Shown one piece after another: positions 15,429 to 32,945 of a stretch of 64,000 nt of DNA. The notes under the pieces were generated by a model, which worked only from the letters and a program-made list of their open reading frames with translations, was not told where the DNA came from and did not search any database. The position numbers were made by a program, and so were the translations under genes. Each line of letters starts with the position of its first letter. The first letter of the stretch is position 1. This DNA is from the human T2T-CHM13v2.0 reference genome, Homo sapiens, in assembly GCF_009914755.1 (NCBI RefSeq), contig NC_060925.1, one strand, 5' to 3'.

Positions 15429-17224
15429 TATCTTATTGGCCCACTTCATAGGCTTTCCACTAGTCATTCCCTACCACATACTTGCGGAGAAAAAAAATAT
15501 TTGAATTGGCATTCCTTTCTTCCTTTCTGAGCTGAATTAATAGTAGCCTTGGGAAAGGAACCATTTGCAAGGTATAAACCCAGGGCTGGTACTATAATTC
15601 ATAATCTGCATCTATTAACAAAAACTGTGTTTTGGGAAGTTTTCTTAAAGTGATTTGTGAAGCTGTTGAGCTTAAGGGGCCAACACTGTCATTTTATGTT
15701 TTCCTATTCTAGTTCATTTAGCAAACTCATATACGTTTATGTTTTTAGTTTAGTTTTCTTCCCAGGGTCTTATCTTGGCCAAGGTAGACTCAAAAGTGTG
15801 GTTATTCTTATCGTGGTATGTCTTTGTCTTTGGGTCTCTGAATGCTTTCGGAACTCAATTGTTATCGTACTTCCTTGGGTATAGGTTGAACAATTTGACA
15901 AAGGAAAACTCAAAATAATCATGATAATCTTAAGGAGCCAATTCACCTTACCTGTCAACGATGGAACTAGCCTCTTGAAAATCCAGGAAGCTCTTTTCTA
16001 AGCTGTCTCAGCTTGAGCTCAAAGTGGAATCATTTATTCATGAGGTTGGGTTACAGACAGCGGTGAAGGCCCCAACCATTGTATATGATATGCCATGTCT
16101 ACCATTCAAGCATTGACATCCCCGGAAGACTTTCCAGAAGGCAAATAATCTTCCTAAAAGTTATAGGTAGAAAAAGATTATAGAGGGCTATTTAGAATTC
16201 ATCAGTTTCCAGGTGACAAAATCCATTATTAAAATTTGAAAGTATGAGAGAAAAGACTGGTAAACAGGATTGTAGTCGATACAGTCAAAGCTCTTGATCA
16301 GCTTTCCAGTTCTCAGGAATTTTTCCAGATTTCACTAGATCTGGAATTAATACCCCATTTTTTTTCTGTAATTACCAGCCTGATCAAATAACTGATTTGG
16401 AATCTTCCATCTACCTAATTGCATCCGTGAAGGTGCTTTCCCTGTGTCTTAGAGACAGAATATTGAGGGTACAATCATCTGACGACGAAAAGAAGGCAGA
16501 GAAAGATAACTCCTCCCAGAGCTCACTGGCTTTTATTAGTAGCCCGGCTGTGCTGTGGTTGGGGCCACACCTCATTTTGGAGTGAGGGTACTTCTCACCA
16601 TCTCCTCCATGGTTTCCAGCATCAGCTTCAGCTTGGTTGTCATTAATTTGAATTATTCTGCAATACTTGGTGATGCATGTGTGTGACTAAAATTAAAACC
16701 TATTTAGGTGAAATTTTGACAGCTCGTCTCTATGACCTTGACAGCCACTTAGACTATCTCAAGAAGGAAAGGGCTTGACTGATAGTTTCCTCCTCCGTTT
16801 TCTTTGTTCATCTGAGAAAACAACTTTTATAAGATCTGTTCACCTAGCTAGACTTCACCCAGTCTCTCAGCTCCCTTTTTACCAAGCCTTAGAAGGTTAG
16901 AGAAAAACCAGGCTAGATAATTTAATAGCCTCTCCAGATCTCAGAGATGCTTATACTGAAGGCAGCCAGATAGCAAAGTCACGAGTGTTCCTGGCTCTTC
17001 AAGTGCCCTATGCACATTTCACCAAAGGTAGGTACATGGCATGTATACAAGGTGTGGGGCATATGACATCCATGAAGAAAATTCGTCTGTGAATGATATT
17101 CCTAGCCATGGGCTCAGGGTTGACTTCCTTAAGCCGTGTATTACTATGCTAGAGCGTGAGGAAGAACTTATTTCTCATAGGACTGTTTATATATTACATT
17201 TCACTGAAGAAAAGTATGCCTATT

Positions 17225-17525
17225 ATAATTTAATAGCTATATGCATTTTCACAAACTGAATTCACACTTGTGTAACCAGCACCCAGATCAAGAAACAGAA
17301 CATTTCTGTACCCTAGAAAGCCCCTCATATTCCCTTCTAGTCATCTCCCCACCCTAAATCCCCAAGGATAACAACTGTCTTGACTTTTAACAGCAGAGAT
17401 TAGCTTTGCTTGGTTTCATACTTTATATAAGTAGAATTGCACAGTATGTACTCTTTTTTGTTTGGTTTCTTTCAATATTATGTTTGTGAGATTTATTCAT
17501 ACTGTTGTGTATAGTTGCAGATCAT
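17225..17525 (-). mobile_element. L1M (mammalian-wide) 3' fragment
   Basis: CACTTGTGTAACCAGCACCCAGATCAAGAAACAGAACAT...AATATTATGTTTGTGAGATTTATTCAT. Confidence 0.7.
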
Positions 17526-17721
17526 AGGAATTTCTCTTGATCTTTGTAACTTTGGATCAATTAAATTGTAGTTGATTAGAGACATGCCCAGGGTTGTTGA
17601 ATGGCCAATGATTACTATCCCACAGGGTGAATAATCTCTTTTCTCCCTCCCTTGGGGCATTCCCATGTAGGCAGAAAACTCTTAAATTAGGAGCTGGTTG
17701 GCAGATCATAAAAATAGATTG

Positions 17722-18156
<435 letters not shown>

Positions 18157-19166
18157 TTGATTCATTCTCTTTTGGCTGGGTAAAGAGCCTCTCTGCTTTC
18201 TAGTAATGGGCAAACAAACATTCTTCATACCACACCCCAGTTTTTTAACCTCTTTTGTTTAGAGTGTCGTTGCACATGAATTAGAATCCTACTGGTTAAG
18301 ATATAGTATCAGATAAGAGTCCTAAGGAATGTCCTCAGCCATTCTGTAGTTACATGAATCTTCCCGGGGATTTGCTTTGTGCTATCAGAGGAGATGCCTT
18401 TTCCAAGTGACCCTTTCTCTTGGGCCTAGCTCTGCTCTTAACTCTGAGACCTTGGACAATGACTTCTTTCTGTGCCTCAGTTCCCTAAACTTTAAAAAAA
18501 GAGTGTGGTCTATGTGATCTCCATGGTGCCTTCCAAATTCAGGATACCACAGTTCTGTGACGATAAGGGGATCCTACACTGGGGGCTTCCTTCTGGTTGT
18601 TAGGTTACCTTTGTTAAATTGTGATAGGTAAATTGTAATCCCACAGATAAGGACAAACAAAAGTGGATATAGGTGTGGAGAGGGCTAGCTTAAGCAAATG
18701 AAGACCAGATTTCTTGAAGAATGAAGCATTATTTCAGGTGCTGATATCTACAGTGTCAGCAATGAAGAAATACCAAATTGGGATCCAAATACATAAAATA
18801 GATATGTTTTACCAGTAAATTTGGTTCCAGTGGCAAAAGGACCCATTTCTCTGGGGACATAGGCTTAGAAAAGATACCTTAATTTGTGGTATGGCTGTAC
18901 ACACCTGTGCTTTATGTGAATTTGGGTCTGTTTGTCACTAGCAAAAGTCATTTTTAAAAATCTTTTTTTAATCTATAAAACTTAATGATTCACTGCAAAA
19001 ATTATGATAATAGAAGTCATTATATTTTGAACCTCTATGTGCCAGGTATTGTGTTAAGCACTTTATATGTATTATCTCCTTTAATCCTTACCATAATTTT
19101 ATAAAGTAGTTACTATTGTCATCATCGCTGTTTTATGAAGGAAGAAACTATGGCTTAAAGAGATTA

Positions 19167-19831
<665 letters not shown>

Positions 19832-21054
19832 CTAATGTTTAACTCCAGTCACCTGGCTCTAGAATCCAACGTTTTCATCTACATACTGTATTAGGATTCT
19901 CTAAGTATGTTGTACAGAGAAGAGAAAATCCTGGATTTTCTCTGTTTCATTGAATTCAGATATTTCACTTAGTTATAGAATTAACCTAATTTTTCTTTTG
20001 CACATAAACCTTCAAAGGGTATGGAGATGTTGAACATCAACATTGGATTGTTTTTCCTACCTGGGGTTGGGGCAAGCAGCTGGAAGTTGGGAATGAAATA
20101 GGGCAGCATGTTTATACTCCCCAGGGGCAAAATATCTGTGCCCCCTGTAAGAGGGAAACAAGGACTCATTAAATGTGAGAATTGGCCCCAAATCTGGCTC
20201 ACAGCTAATTTAGCTAATTTAGGGATGTCAGGGTGGCTGCACAATTGGCCCCTCTATGCTATTGAACCCCCTTAAGGGAGGCTCCTTGCTAGCCCTCTGG
20301 TTTGTGGTAATGTCTGCTGGTACATATTTTACATTTTGCATGAAGCCATGTTGGAGATTCCTTTAGCTAAATATAACATCTGGAGAAAGTAGCCTCCTGT
20401 TCACAGCTTAAAAACAGACTGACTTTGTCTAGGACGAGAGGGAAAATTGAGCCCGTTTGGTGCTCCTGACATCTCCTTTCATGTAATGAAAGCTCAGTCT
20501 GTCTAACCTCTGTTGGAACCAGGGTTTGGGCAAATATTATTGCTGCCACCTTCATTTGTTTAATGCGGTGGCTTCAAAAACCATGGGCAAAAACTGCCAA
20601 GTTTGACTCCCATCTCCCTGTGGTCTCCATGAGGGGCATGTTCTAAAGAAGCCCACCAAGAACAGAAATAATTTTTCCCACTTGCTTAGTTTAAACTGAA
20701 ATAAACTTGGGTGTGCTTTTTCCTACAGGAGAGAGGATAATCCTGTTTTCTCTTTTTACTTAGCTGGAACACACTAAAAGTACCTCTGACTTTGCTTTCT
20801 CAAATCACTGTTTCTAGCCCTTCACAGCTGCTCACACTTAAGCTTGGAAGCTGGTCAGTTCAGACAGTGCTAAGGCTCAGTTGCATCCTTATTTTTACAG
20901 CACTGCAGTGAACTGTACTCCTGTTTTGCTGTTAGGACTCTTAAGTTTCTATGGCAAAAATTTAGGTTAAATTGAAAAAGCCAAGTCAGATTCCCTATAG
21001 ACCAGTAGCTTTCAACTTTGCCTGGGCATGAAAGTTACTTGGGGAGTTTTAAAA

Positions 21055-22695
21055 AAATCTTTGTGACCTTGAATAAACAAAGGTTTCTTAGAATATAAAA
21101 AGCATGAACCATAAAATTTTATAAAGGATAAGTCAGACTTCATCAAGTCTTGGACTTTTGTTCCTAGAAAGACTTTATTTACAAAATGAAAGACAAGACG
21201 CAGACTGGGAGAAAATATTTGTAATATGTATCTGACATGGACTTATATCAGATTATAGAATAAAGAACTCTGAGAACTCAGTAATAAGACAAACTACCCA
21301 AATTTTTAAAAATGGAAACAGGTTTTAATAAACATTTCACTAATAAAAATATACAAATGGCTAATCAACACATGAAAATATGCTCAATATCATCACTCGT
21401 GATGGAAACGCAAGTTAAAACTGTAAGAAGATATACCATACATTCACTAGGATGGTTAAAATTAAAACATCTGGCAATACCAAGTGTTAAGGAAGTTGGC
21501 CAGAACCCTCATATGTTGCTAGTGAGAGTGTGAAAGTGGTACAACCACTTTGGAAAATAGTGGCAGTTTCTTATGGCATTAAATTTGTACTTGTCATATG
21601 ACCCAGTAATTCCAGGTATTTATAGGCATCTACCCAAGAGAAATAAAAGCATATGTCTAAACAAAGACTTGCACCTGAATATTCATAAAGCTTTTGTGAT
21701 AGGCTGAGTAATGCCTCCCTCAAAAAAAAAAAAAAAAGAGGTCCATATTCTAACCTTTGGAACCTGTGAATGTTACCTTATGCATGTAATACTTTGCAGA
21801 TATGACTAATTTAAGGATCTTGTGATGGGGATATTATGCTTAATTAGCTGGGTGGGCTGTAAATGCAATCACAAGTGTCCTCATAAGAAGGAGATTACAG
21901 ATAAAAGAGAGGAAGGTCATGTGATAGAAGCAGAGGGAAACAGAGTCATAGAGAGAGGATGCTATGCCACTGGCTTTGAATATGGAGGAAGTGGCCATGA
22001 GCCAGTGAATACAGCTCTAGATGCTGGAAAAGGCAAGGAAACGGATTCTTCCTGAGAGCCTCCGGAGCAGAAGCAGCCCTGCTGACTCACTGGTTTCAGC
22101 CCAGTGAAATTGGTTTTGGAGTTCTGACCTCCAGAACTCTAAGAGAACAAATGTATGTTGTTTTAAGCCACCATGTTTGCAGTAATTTGTTACAGCTGCC
22201 TTAGGTACTTTATTCATAATAGCCCAAACTGGAAACAACCCAAATGTCCATCAACAGGTGAGTGGAAAAACATATTGTAGTGTATCCATATATCAATACT
22301 ACTCAGCAATAAGAAGGGAAATGCTGATACAATATAAATGAGCTCAAAAAACATTATGTTGATAAAAAGAAGCCAAGCACAATGAGTACATTCTGTATGA
22401 TTCTGTTTCTATAAAATTTTAGAAAAAACAAATCTGATCTATAGTGATAGAGAATAGATCATTGATTGCCTTGGGGCCAGGATGGGGATGAAGGATTGAC
22501 TGCTAAGGGACACAAGGGAGTTTGTAGGGTTTTTATAGCCTACATTATATAACATTTTAAACAATGCTTTATAACATTTTTATAATGTTACATAATCTTG
22601 ACCATGGTGGTACATTAGACAGACTTTATCATATTATACACTTAAAATGTGTACATTTTATTATGTAAATTATGCCTCAATAAAGTTGATCTAAT
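21055..22695 (+). mobile_element. L1M (L1MC/ME-like) ORF2 3' part and 3'UTR relic
   Basis: Degenerate ORF2 C-terminal peptide (…NIQMANQHMKICS…), CCAAATGTCCATCAACAGG, and a 3' end ATGCCTCAATAAAGTTG. Confidence 0.75.
21695..22206 (+). mobile_element. MLT1 (MaLR) solo LTR inserted in the L1M
   Basis: TGTGATAGGCTGAGTAATG...GGAACCTGTGAATGTTACC...GTTGTTTTAAGCCACCATGTTTGCAGTAATTTGTTACAGC. The host L1 reads continuously on either side. Confidence 0.8.
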
Positions 22696-24634
22696 TTAAA
22701 AAATACTCATGCCAAGACCCTACCCCAGCATGATTTAGTCAGAATCTCTGGAGTAGGGCCTGGGTGATTGTTGCCTACAGCTAGGGCTGAGAATCACTGC
22801 TGCACTGTTTTCCATCTTGGGGAAACTGCAGAGCACAGAGAATATCTGATGCCCTAAGATCCTGTCTATCTGTATGTGAGCCATGTTTGCCTCTGCAACA
22901 GACAGTGTTAAAGCATCTAGGCTAGTTTCTCTAGGCAACCCATTGTGGTTTCCTACTTTATTCTTGGAGGGTGATGAAGGGTGAAGTTAGCTTCAGATAA
23001 ATAAATCTGGTGACAAAGGGTGAATCTGGCTTCCTTCACACTGCAGGAAGTGGGGAATGCAAGAAGAGTGCTGAGGAAGGAATGTAAGAGGCTCAGTTAA
23101 TACTTTTCTCCGGGGCCTTGGAGATGTTAAACATGTCCTTTTGCCATTAGTGAATCAGTCACAAGAGAATTGCCACAACAGTCAGATTTCTTTTGGCACT
23201 AAGGAAATGAATCTGGTAGTTAAAAAGGATAAATGAGATTTAAAACTAAAAGCAGTGCATGTTACCTATCTGTTTGGTATCCATTTGGACTGAGATAGGA
23301 TTTCCTATGGCGTGTCTTGAGTCCAGCTGTTTGGCATGTGTGAGAAGAGTGGATGATGAAACTGTGAGAGGGCATTTTGGGTGGTGTGATGGTCATAAAT
23401 AAGAAGAGGAGAAGTGGTGACCCACAATGCTGGTATAGTTGAATGTCCCTGGTAAGTGCTGTGGATTGAATGAATGGAGGAAAAGAATGGTTTTCCAAAG
23501 GTTGTGTCCCTGTGCTCTGCCCCCTTAAGAAAGGGTTTAACTCTTTGGGAGAAGGAGTAGATGAGTGATTTAACCCTCCCTCCCTTCCCCGTCTACCATA
23601 TCCCTCCTGCTCGTCTGAACTCAGTATCTGTGATTGGACTGAATTTCCTCCACATTATAGCATGGTCACTAACAGCGTTTGCACAGTGCTTTACGGACAG
23701 CTGTTCCAGTTGCCCAGTTTATCTTGTTGGTAGCAAAAATCTGTTCTAATTAATTGAGCTTTATTCTCTCATATCTGATGAAAAGATCCTCTTTGGAGAA
23801 AAGAATAGAATGTGAAGCTGAGCTTATTTGAGTAGGGGATGGAAGGCTGCCAGCTACTTCAAAGGTATCTCTGCTGATAAGGGGCGTCAGGTTTGCTGCC
23901 AAAGCCAACACCGAGGGGAGCTTTGCAGCTCGTGCTGTTGGGGGTGTTTTAGCTTTGGTTTCTGTGACACTGGGTCAGCAGCATCTGTGTGCTCTCCCTT
24001 GAGGCTGCTCTCTGGGTGGTCCAGGCTTTTATTTAGACTTCGGAAGGTGCAGCTCAAAGGGAATGTGTGCATCAAAGATGTCTGTAGTCTTTTGCTTAGG
24101 TTAGTTTGTGTGTTTGCCTTTTTGGTGTTTTAGTTCTTAGGTATCTACCTTTTCTAAAAGAGCTCAAGGTGCTATATTTAGAACTTTCAAAAGTATAATA
24201 GTACTTCGATTTGTATAAATCAAAGGATTATTAAGGGAATCTGAAGACGAGGAATGGAATATGGGAAATGGAATATGGGAAAGAGAGGTGCAGTAGACAA
24301 AAAATAAAAGTGTCCATATGCAACCTTGTATTGGAATACTACCCTAAATTAGGAGATTATACAGTCAATAAGTATTTTAGTGAATACTGCATGCACAGCA
24401 TTATGCTGCTAGGTGCTTAAAAGAGCTTGAAAATCAAATTGAGGAGTAAGATTTGCCTCCCAAGGGAGCTTGGGGTTTTTGGTTTATTTAGGTCTCTCAA
24501 AACTTTCTGTGGGATGATGATGATGACAAAGTAATAATAGTAACCTTTCGTAAAATTCACACTGTGAATACCTCCCACTGTAGTAGGCCCTAGATGTGTA
24601 TTTTCTCTGAACCTTTCATCTATTTTTGCAAAGT

Positions 24635-26870
<2,236 letters not shown>

Positions 26871-26937
26871 GTTATTCTTTCCAATGTATGGTTGAACCTG
26901 GTCACAAGCCAGGCTTTAAGAATAGTGAATTCAAAAC

Positions 26938-27105
26938 CTTTTCTCTCTCTTTCTCTCTCTCTCTCCTTCTCTCCCTCCTCTGTCTCTCTCCCTCCCCCCC
27001 TTCCTTCTCCCCTCTGCCTTCTCTTCCCTCTCCTTTCTCTCTTCCTTTTCCTCTTTCCTTCTCCCTCTCCTTGTTTCCTCCCTCCCTTCCTTTTCTCTAT
27101 TCTTT
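26938..27105. repeat. CT-rich low-complexity polypyrimidine tract
   Basis: ~165 nt consisting almost only of C and T. Confidence 0.9.
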
Positions 27106-27879
27106 TGAATAATCTTTTAAATTTTATAGTAGATGTATGTTATAGAAAATTTAAAAATACAGAAAGCAAAAATATGATATAAAGAACAGATTTATTGTAC
27201 ATACTATTTTGTAATCTACTGTTTTAGTCAAGACCTTCTCCTTTACATTTCAATAAACTTTTGTCTCATCTAATACCCAGGCCATGTTAAAGATTTAATT
27301 AATTACTCAAAAAATCTCTTTGACAACTAGTTTGTCCAAGCCAGTATCTAATGCACACAGTTTTATGTCCCTTAAGTGTACTTTAATCTAGTATTATTTT
27401 CTTTCCATGAAACTGATTTGTTGAAAAGGCCAAGCCAGATGTCCTGCAAAATCTCCCATCTTCTAGATTTGTTTGGTTGTTTACTTGTGTTGTTAAGCTT
27501 CTGCCCGTATCCCATATTTCCTGTAAATTGGAAGTTGGTTCTAAAGGTCCAAGTGGATTCAAGTGACTTAGAATGCATAATAAGTGATGTTAGTACTTCA
27601 TGTAGCATCAGAGCAGGAAATACATAACATCTAGTTAGTCTACCGATAGTGATGCTAATATTGGCACCCTCTAGAATAGGGCTGTGATAGTCTGACCCTT
27701 CCATTTTCTAGTTACATTTTTTAAATCACATGATAGAAACCTGATTGTAAGGTGTTATTCATGGTGCCAGCCTACAAATATTGGGTGCCAGTTCAGTCAT
27801 TCGTCTGATAATTTTAGTATCAGTTGATAATTTTAGACAAGTTACTTTTTGTCATCTTTGTACCTCTCTTACTTGACTA

Positions 27880-28210
<331 letters not shown>

Positions 28211-28394
28211 TGCCTCTCTGAGAAAAGGAGAGGATTGTTAATACAGCTCATCAGGCACCATGCAAATAGTAGTTTGTAAAAACGTATTAGTCTTGGGAGA
28301 AACCACACACACGAATAGTGTGCAAGCTGACTAGGTGTCAATTTGTTATTATTAAGAATCACAGCAATAATTTTTTTAAAAAAAGCATAATTCT

Positions 28395-28610
28395 AAATGA
28401 ATGCTAACCATGCCTAGGGACTGTGCTAGGTGTTTTACATGTATTAACCTATTTAATCTCATCACAACGACACTTTGAGATGAGTACTGGTTTTATCATC
28501 CCCATTTGTAGATAAGAGCATGGGCAAAGGGTTTAAGCAATTTACTGAAGATTATACAGCTGGTTGATGGGAGAAATGGGATTCAAGCCTAGGCAGTTGG
28601 CTTCCCCTGA
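28395..28610 (+). mobile_element. MIR
   Basis: TGTGCTAGGTGTTTTACATGTATTAACC...CATCCCCATTTGTAGAT...GGGATTCAAGCCTAGGCAG. Confidence 0.65.
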
Positions 28611-29753
28611 TCTCTTCACATCATCATGCTCTGCTGCCTTGCATGTAGGAAGGTGGCAGTCATATTGGTAAGCTAAAGAACCAGTGCTTGTGCAGGGAAT
28701 TAATGACTCATGCATTCTGCAGTCATATGTTGCTGTGCTTCTGTCAGGTCAGAATTTCCATTGTGCTATTCTGATTCTGCTTCTTGCCCAGCTTGTCCAG
28801 AGAGAGAGTAGCACCTTTGATTTTAGCCTCCCTTGTTGCAGGACAGGCTTCTGTTGACTCCCCTATTTATCTTTGTCAAGACTTTTCCTTTGAATTCCTC
28901 CCTGCTTGTCTGAGCATGATTTTTATTTAAAGTGAGGACAAAATTTAAGTTTTCCTCCTTTTGACACAGCGTCTTCAGTTTTTTTTCATTTTCATCTTCT
29001 TTCCTTACAATACTGGACTTTCTCTGGTCTTTTAGTTTTTCTACTAGATCCTACCTTTCTTTGCTTTTAAGCCCAGCCCTTGGGGTTTTTTGTTTTGTTT
29101 TCTTTTTTTTTTTCCTTTTTCTCTGTTCTCTACAAATCATTTGGGTCTACATCCAGCTTCTCCCAGCATTTACTCAATATGAAACTTCCAGTTATAGATT
29201 AATTTGAATTCTTTGCACTAATTGTTTAAAAGACCATAGGAACCTCAGACCATCCCTCTTCATGGTCTCAAGAGCTCCCAGAATCATCCTCTTGGTAAGC
29301 TAAGTAGTTATTAGTAAGGCCCAGGGACAGGACTGAGAAGTAACATCTTCTATTTTTTATTTCAGTTTTCCTTTAAGTTGGAAGCAAACAAACAAAAAAC
29401 CCTTCAGCTTAGGGTTTTTTCAATTGTTAAAGTAATACTGAGCTTCAGTTAAGGCTATGAAAGAAAAGAAAAAATTTTAAAAAGTAGTAACGTGTTTTTT
29501 TCAAGATATTGTGGGTAAAAACATAATAAAAAGAAAATAATAATTACTTGGAATCATGATTAACATTTTGATGTATTTCCTTCCAATCTTTTTTATACAC
29601 ATTTTTTTAAAAATGAGAGTTACATTATATATTAAGCTTAGTGTAATTTTTTTCATTTAACATTTGGAGAAGCATTTTTATCATGTCATTGCATCTTCTT
29701 TTAAATGTTGCCTATATGATCATACAGCAGTCTGTAGTCTGGCTGTCCCTTAG

Positions 29754-30141
<388 letters not shown>

Positions 30142-31789
30142 TAGAAGCAATTAAAAATCTCATTGTTGTCTTTTTGGAAATCACTTGTTTTTAGGATGAC
30201 TAGGTAGCCAAGGCTTTCATTTGGAAATACCCTACTTCCATTTAATATAAGGTAAGGAGAGAGGGTTTTTCCCCCTGCTGCTTTCCCTTTTTCTTCCTCT
30301 TCTGTCTTGCTCATTGTCTTAGAGCTTAGCTGAGAATCAGTGCTACGCCTGAGCTTGGGCCCTGGCTGGCTCAGTGGAGTTCTTTCACCATGCTGAGTTT
30401 CACTTTCCTCATCTTTACACTAATGAAATTACTCATACCCTCACTGTTCCTTCTCAGAATGCTATAGGCATCAGTAAAACCTGGGAACAAAGTGCTCTGC
30501 AAAGTTATGTTATGGTCAGAAGGTATCTGGTTGTGTTCATGCAGAAGAGCGTGTGTCTTGTGCCTTCGCCCAGCTAGGGTGGTCTTTGCAATCTCTAAGC
30601 TAATCTTTTTTTAGCGGTATATTATCATATAGGCTAGAAAGGAAATACAGAGAACAAACTGGGAGATCCAGTCTCCAACTTTAATCATCTCTTCTCCAAA
30701 GCCAAGATAATCCAAGCCTTCTGCCCACATAAGCATTGCATCCCTTCCTGCCTTGCCTCTTCCCATGACCTTGTTTTTCTTTTGATGTTCATTTTGAGGG
30801 TGGAGAGTAGAAAAAGCATTCTCTTTTTGCTGCTCTCAGAGTCAGTGGTCTTTCTGGACCTTTAAGTTCTCAGGCAAGGAAAACCACATAGTCTACCTGA
30901 GCTTTCAGGGACTGAAGGAAAAAAAAAAGTATTGCTTTACTCAAATTCAGGACCACAAATAACCACTACCAACCCATTCAGTTGAGTTTAATAATATTAT
31001 TTTATTGTCTGTAATTGCTCGGTATTCAAGTTGGCAGTATAAAAGGCCTGCAGAGCAAGCTTAAAACATGGTTCAAGATCTTAGATTTCTTACATCTCAG
31101 GTGAAAGACAGACCATAGACTCCCAAAGCAGGTTACAATTTAGATAGCAATGTAATGAGTCGTACAGACAATTTGTTGTCTATAGGATCTTGGAAAAAAA
31201 ACAGATTCATGAAAAGTGAGTCAGGAGAGCTTCATAGAGGGGAAAGAATTGGGCCGATGTTCTTTTAATTACCTGCTGCCAGGATTCTCAATTAGCCATC
31301 TGTTTCTTATCTTACAGAAATATCTTTTGAAGATTTCCATATTATCTGATTCCAAGTTCCTTTCCTGCCTCTTTGTCCCCATTAGAGATGTCACTCATGA
31401 GGACAGTCTGACAGCAGAGACTTCCTTTTGACCAGCAATGGGAGAAATATGTGGAAATAGCCTGAAGCCTGAGTATAGAAGGCTTTGAATGCCAGTCCAA
31501 GGAGTTCAAACTACAGGTCAAAGAGAGCCATTGACAATTTTAGGCAGGGCAATGAAATCTTGAAAACCATGATTTCCAGTGGCATTGGCAGCAGTACTCA
31601 GTGTGGTTTAGCATGGAAGAAACTATATAGGAGCCTGCTACAATAATTCAGAGGGATAATAGAAACTTGGATAATGACAATGGGAACTAAAAGAATTAGA
31701 TTTACCAGAAGGCAGAGGAAAGACATTATAGACAGGACTGAGTGGCCTGACATGAGGTGGGAGGAGGTCATTCAACTTAGTCATTCAGC

Positions 31790-32945
<1,156 letters not shown>

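Larger units (their letters stand above)
21000..22800. mobile_element. MER5-like hAT relic split into two halves (~21000-21055 and ~22700-22800) by the L1M
   Basis: CAGTAGCTTTCAACTTTG...GGGGAGTTTTAAAAA and ...TCAGAATCTCTGGAGTAGGGCCTGGG...GGGCTGAGAATCACTG. Confidence 0.5.

Noticed and set aside
30195-30251. 57-nt segment between TTTTTAG and AAG|GTAAGG
   Set aside because: In-frame TAG at codon 3 and a competing internal GT; indistinguishable from a background pseudo-exon.
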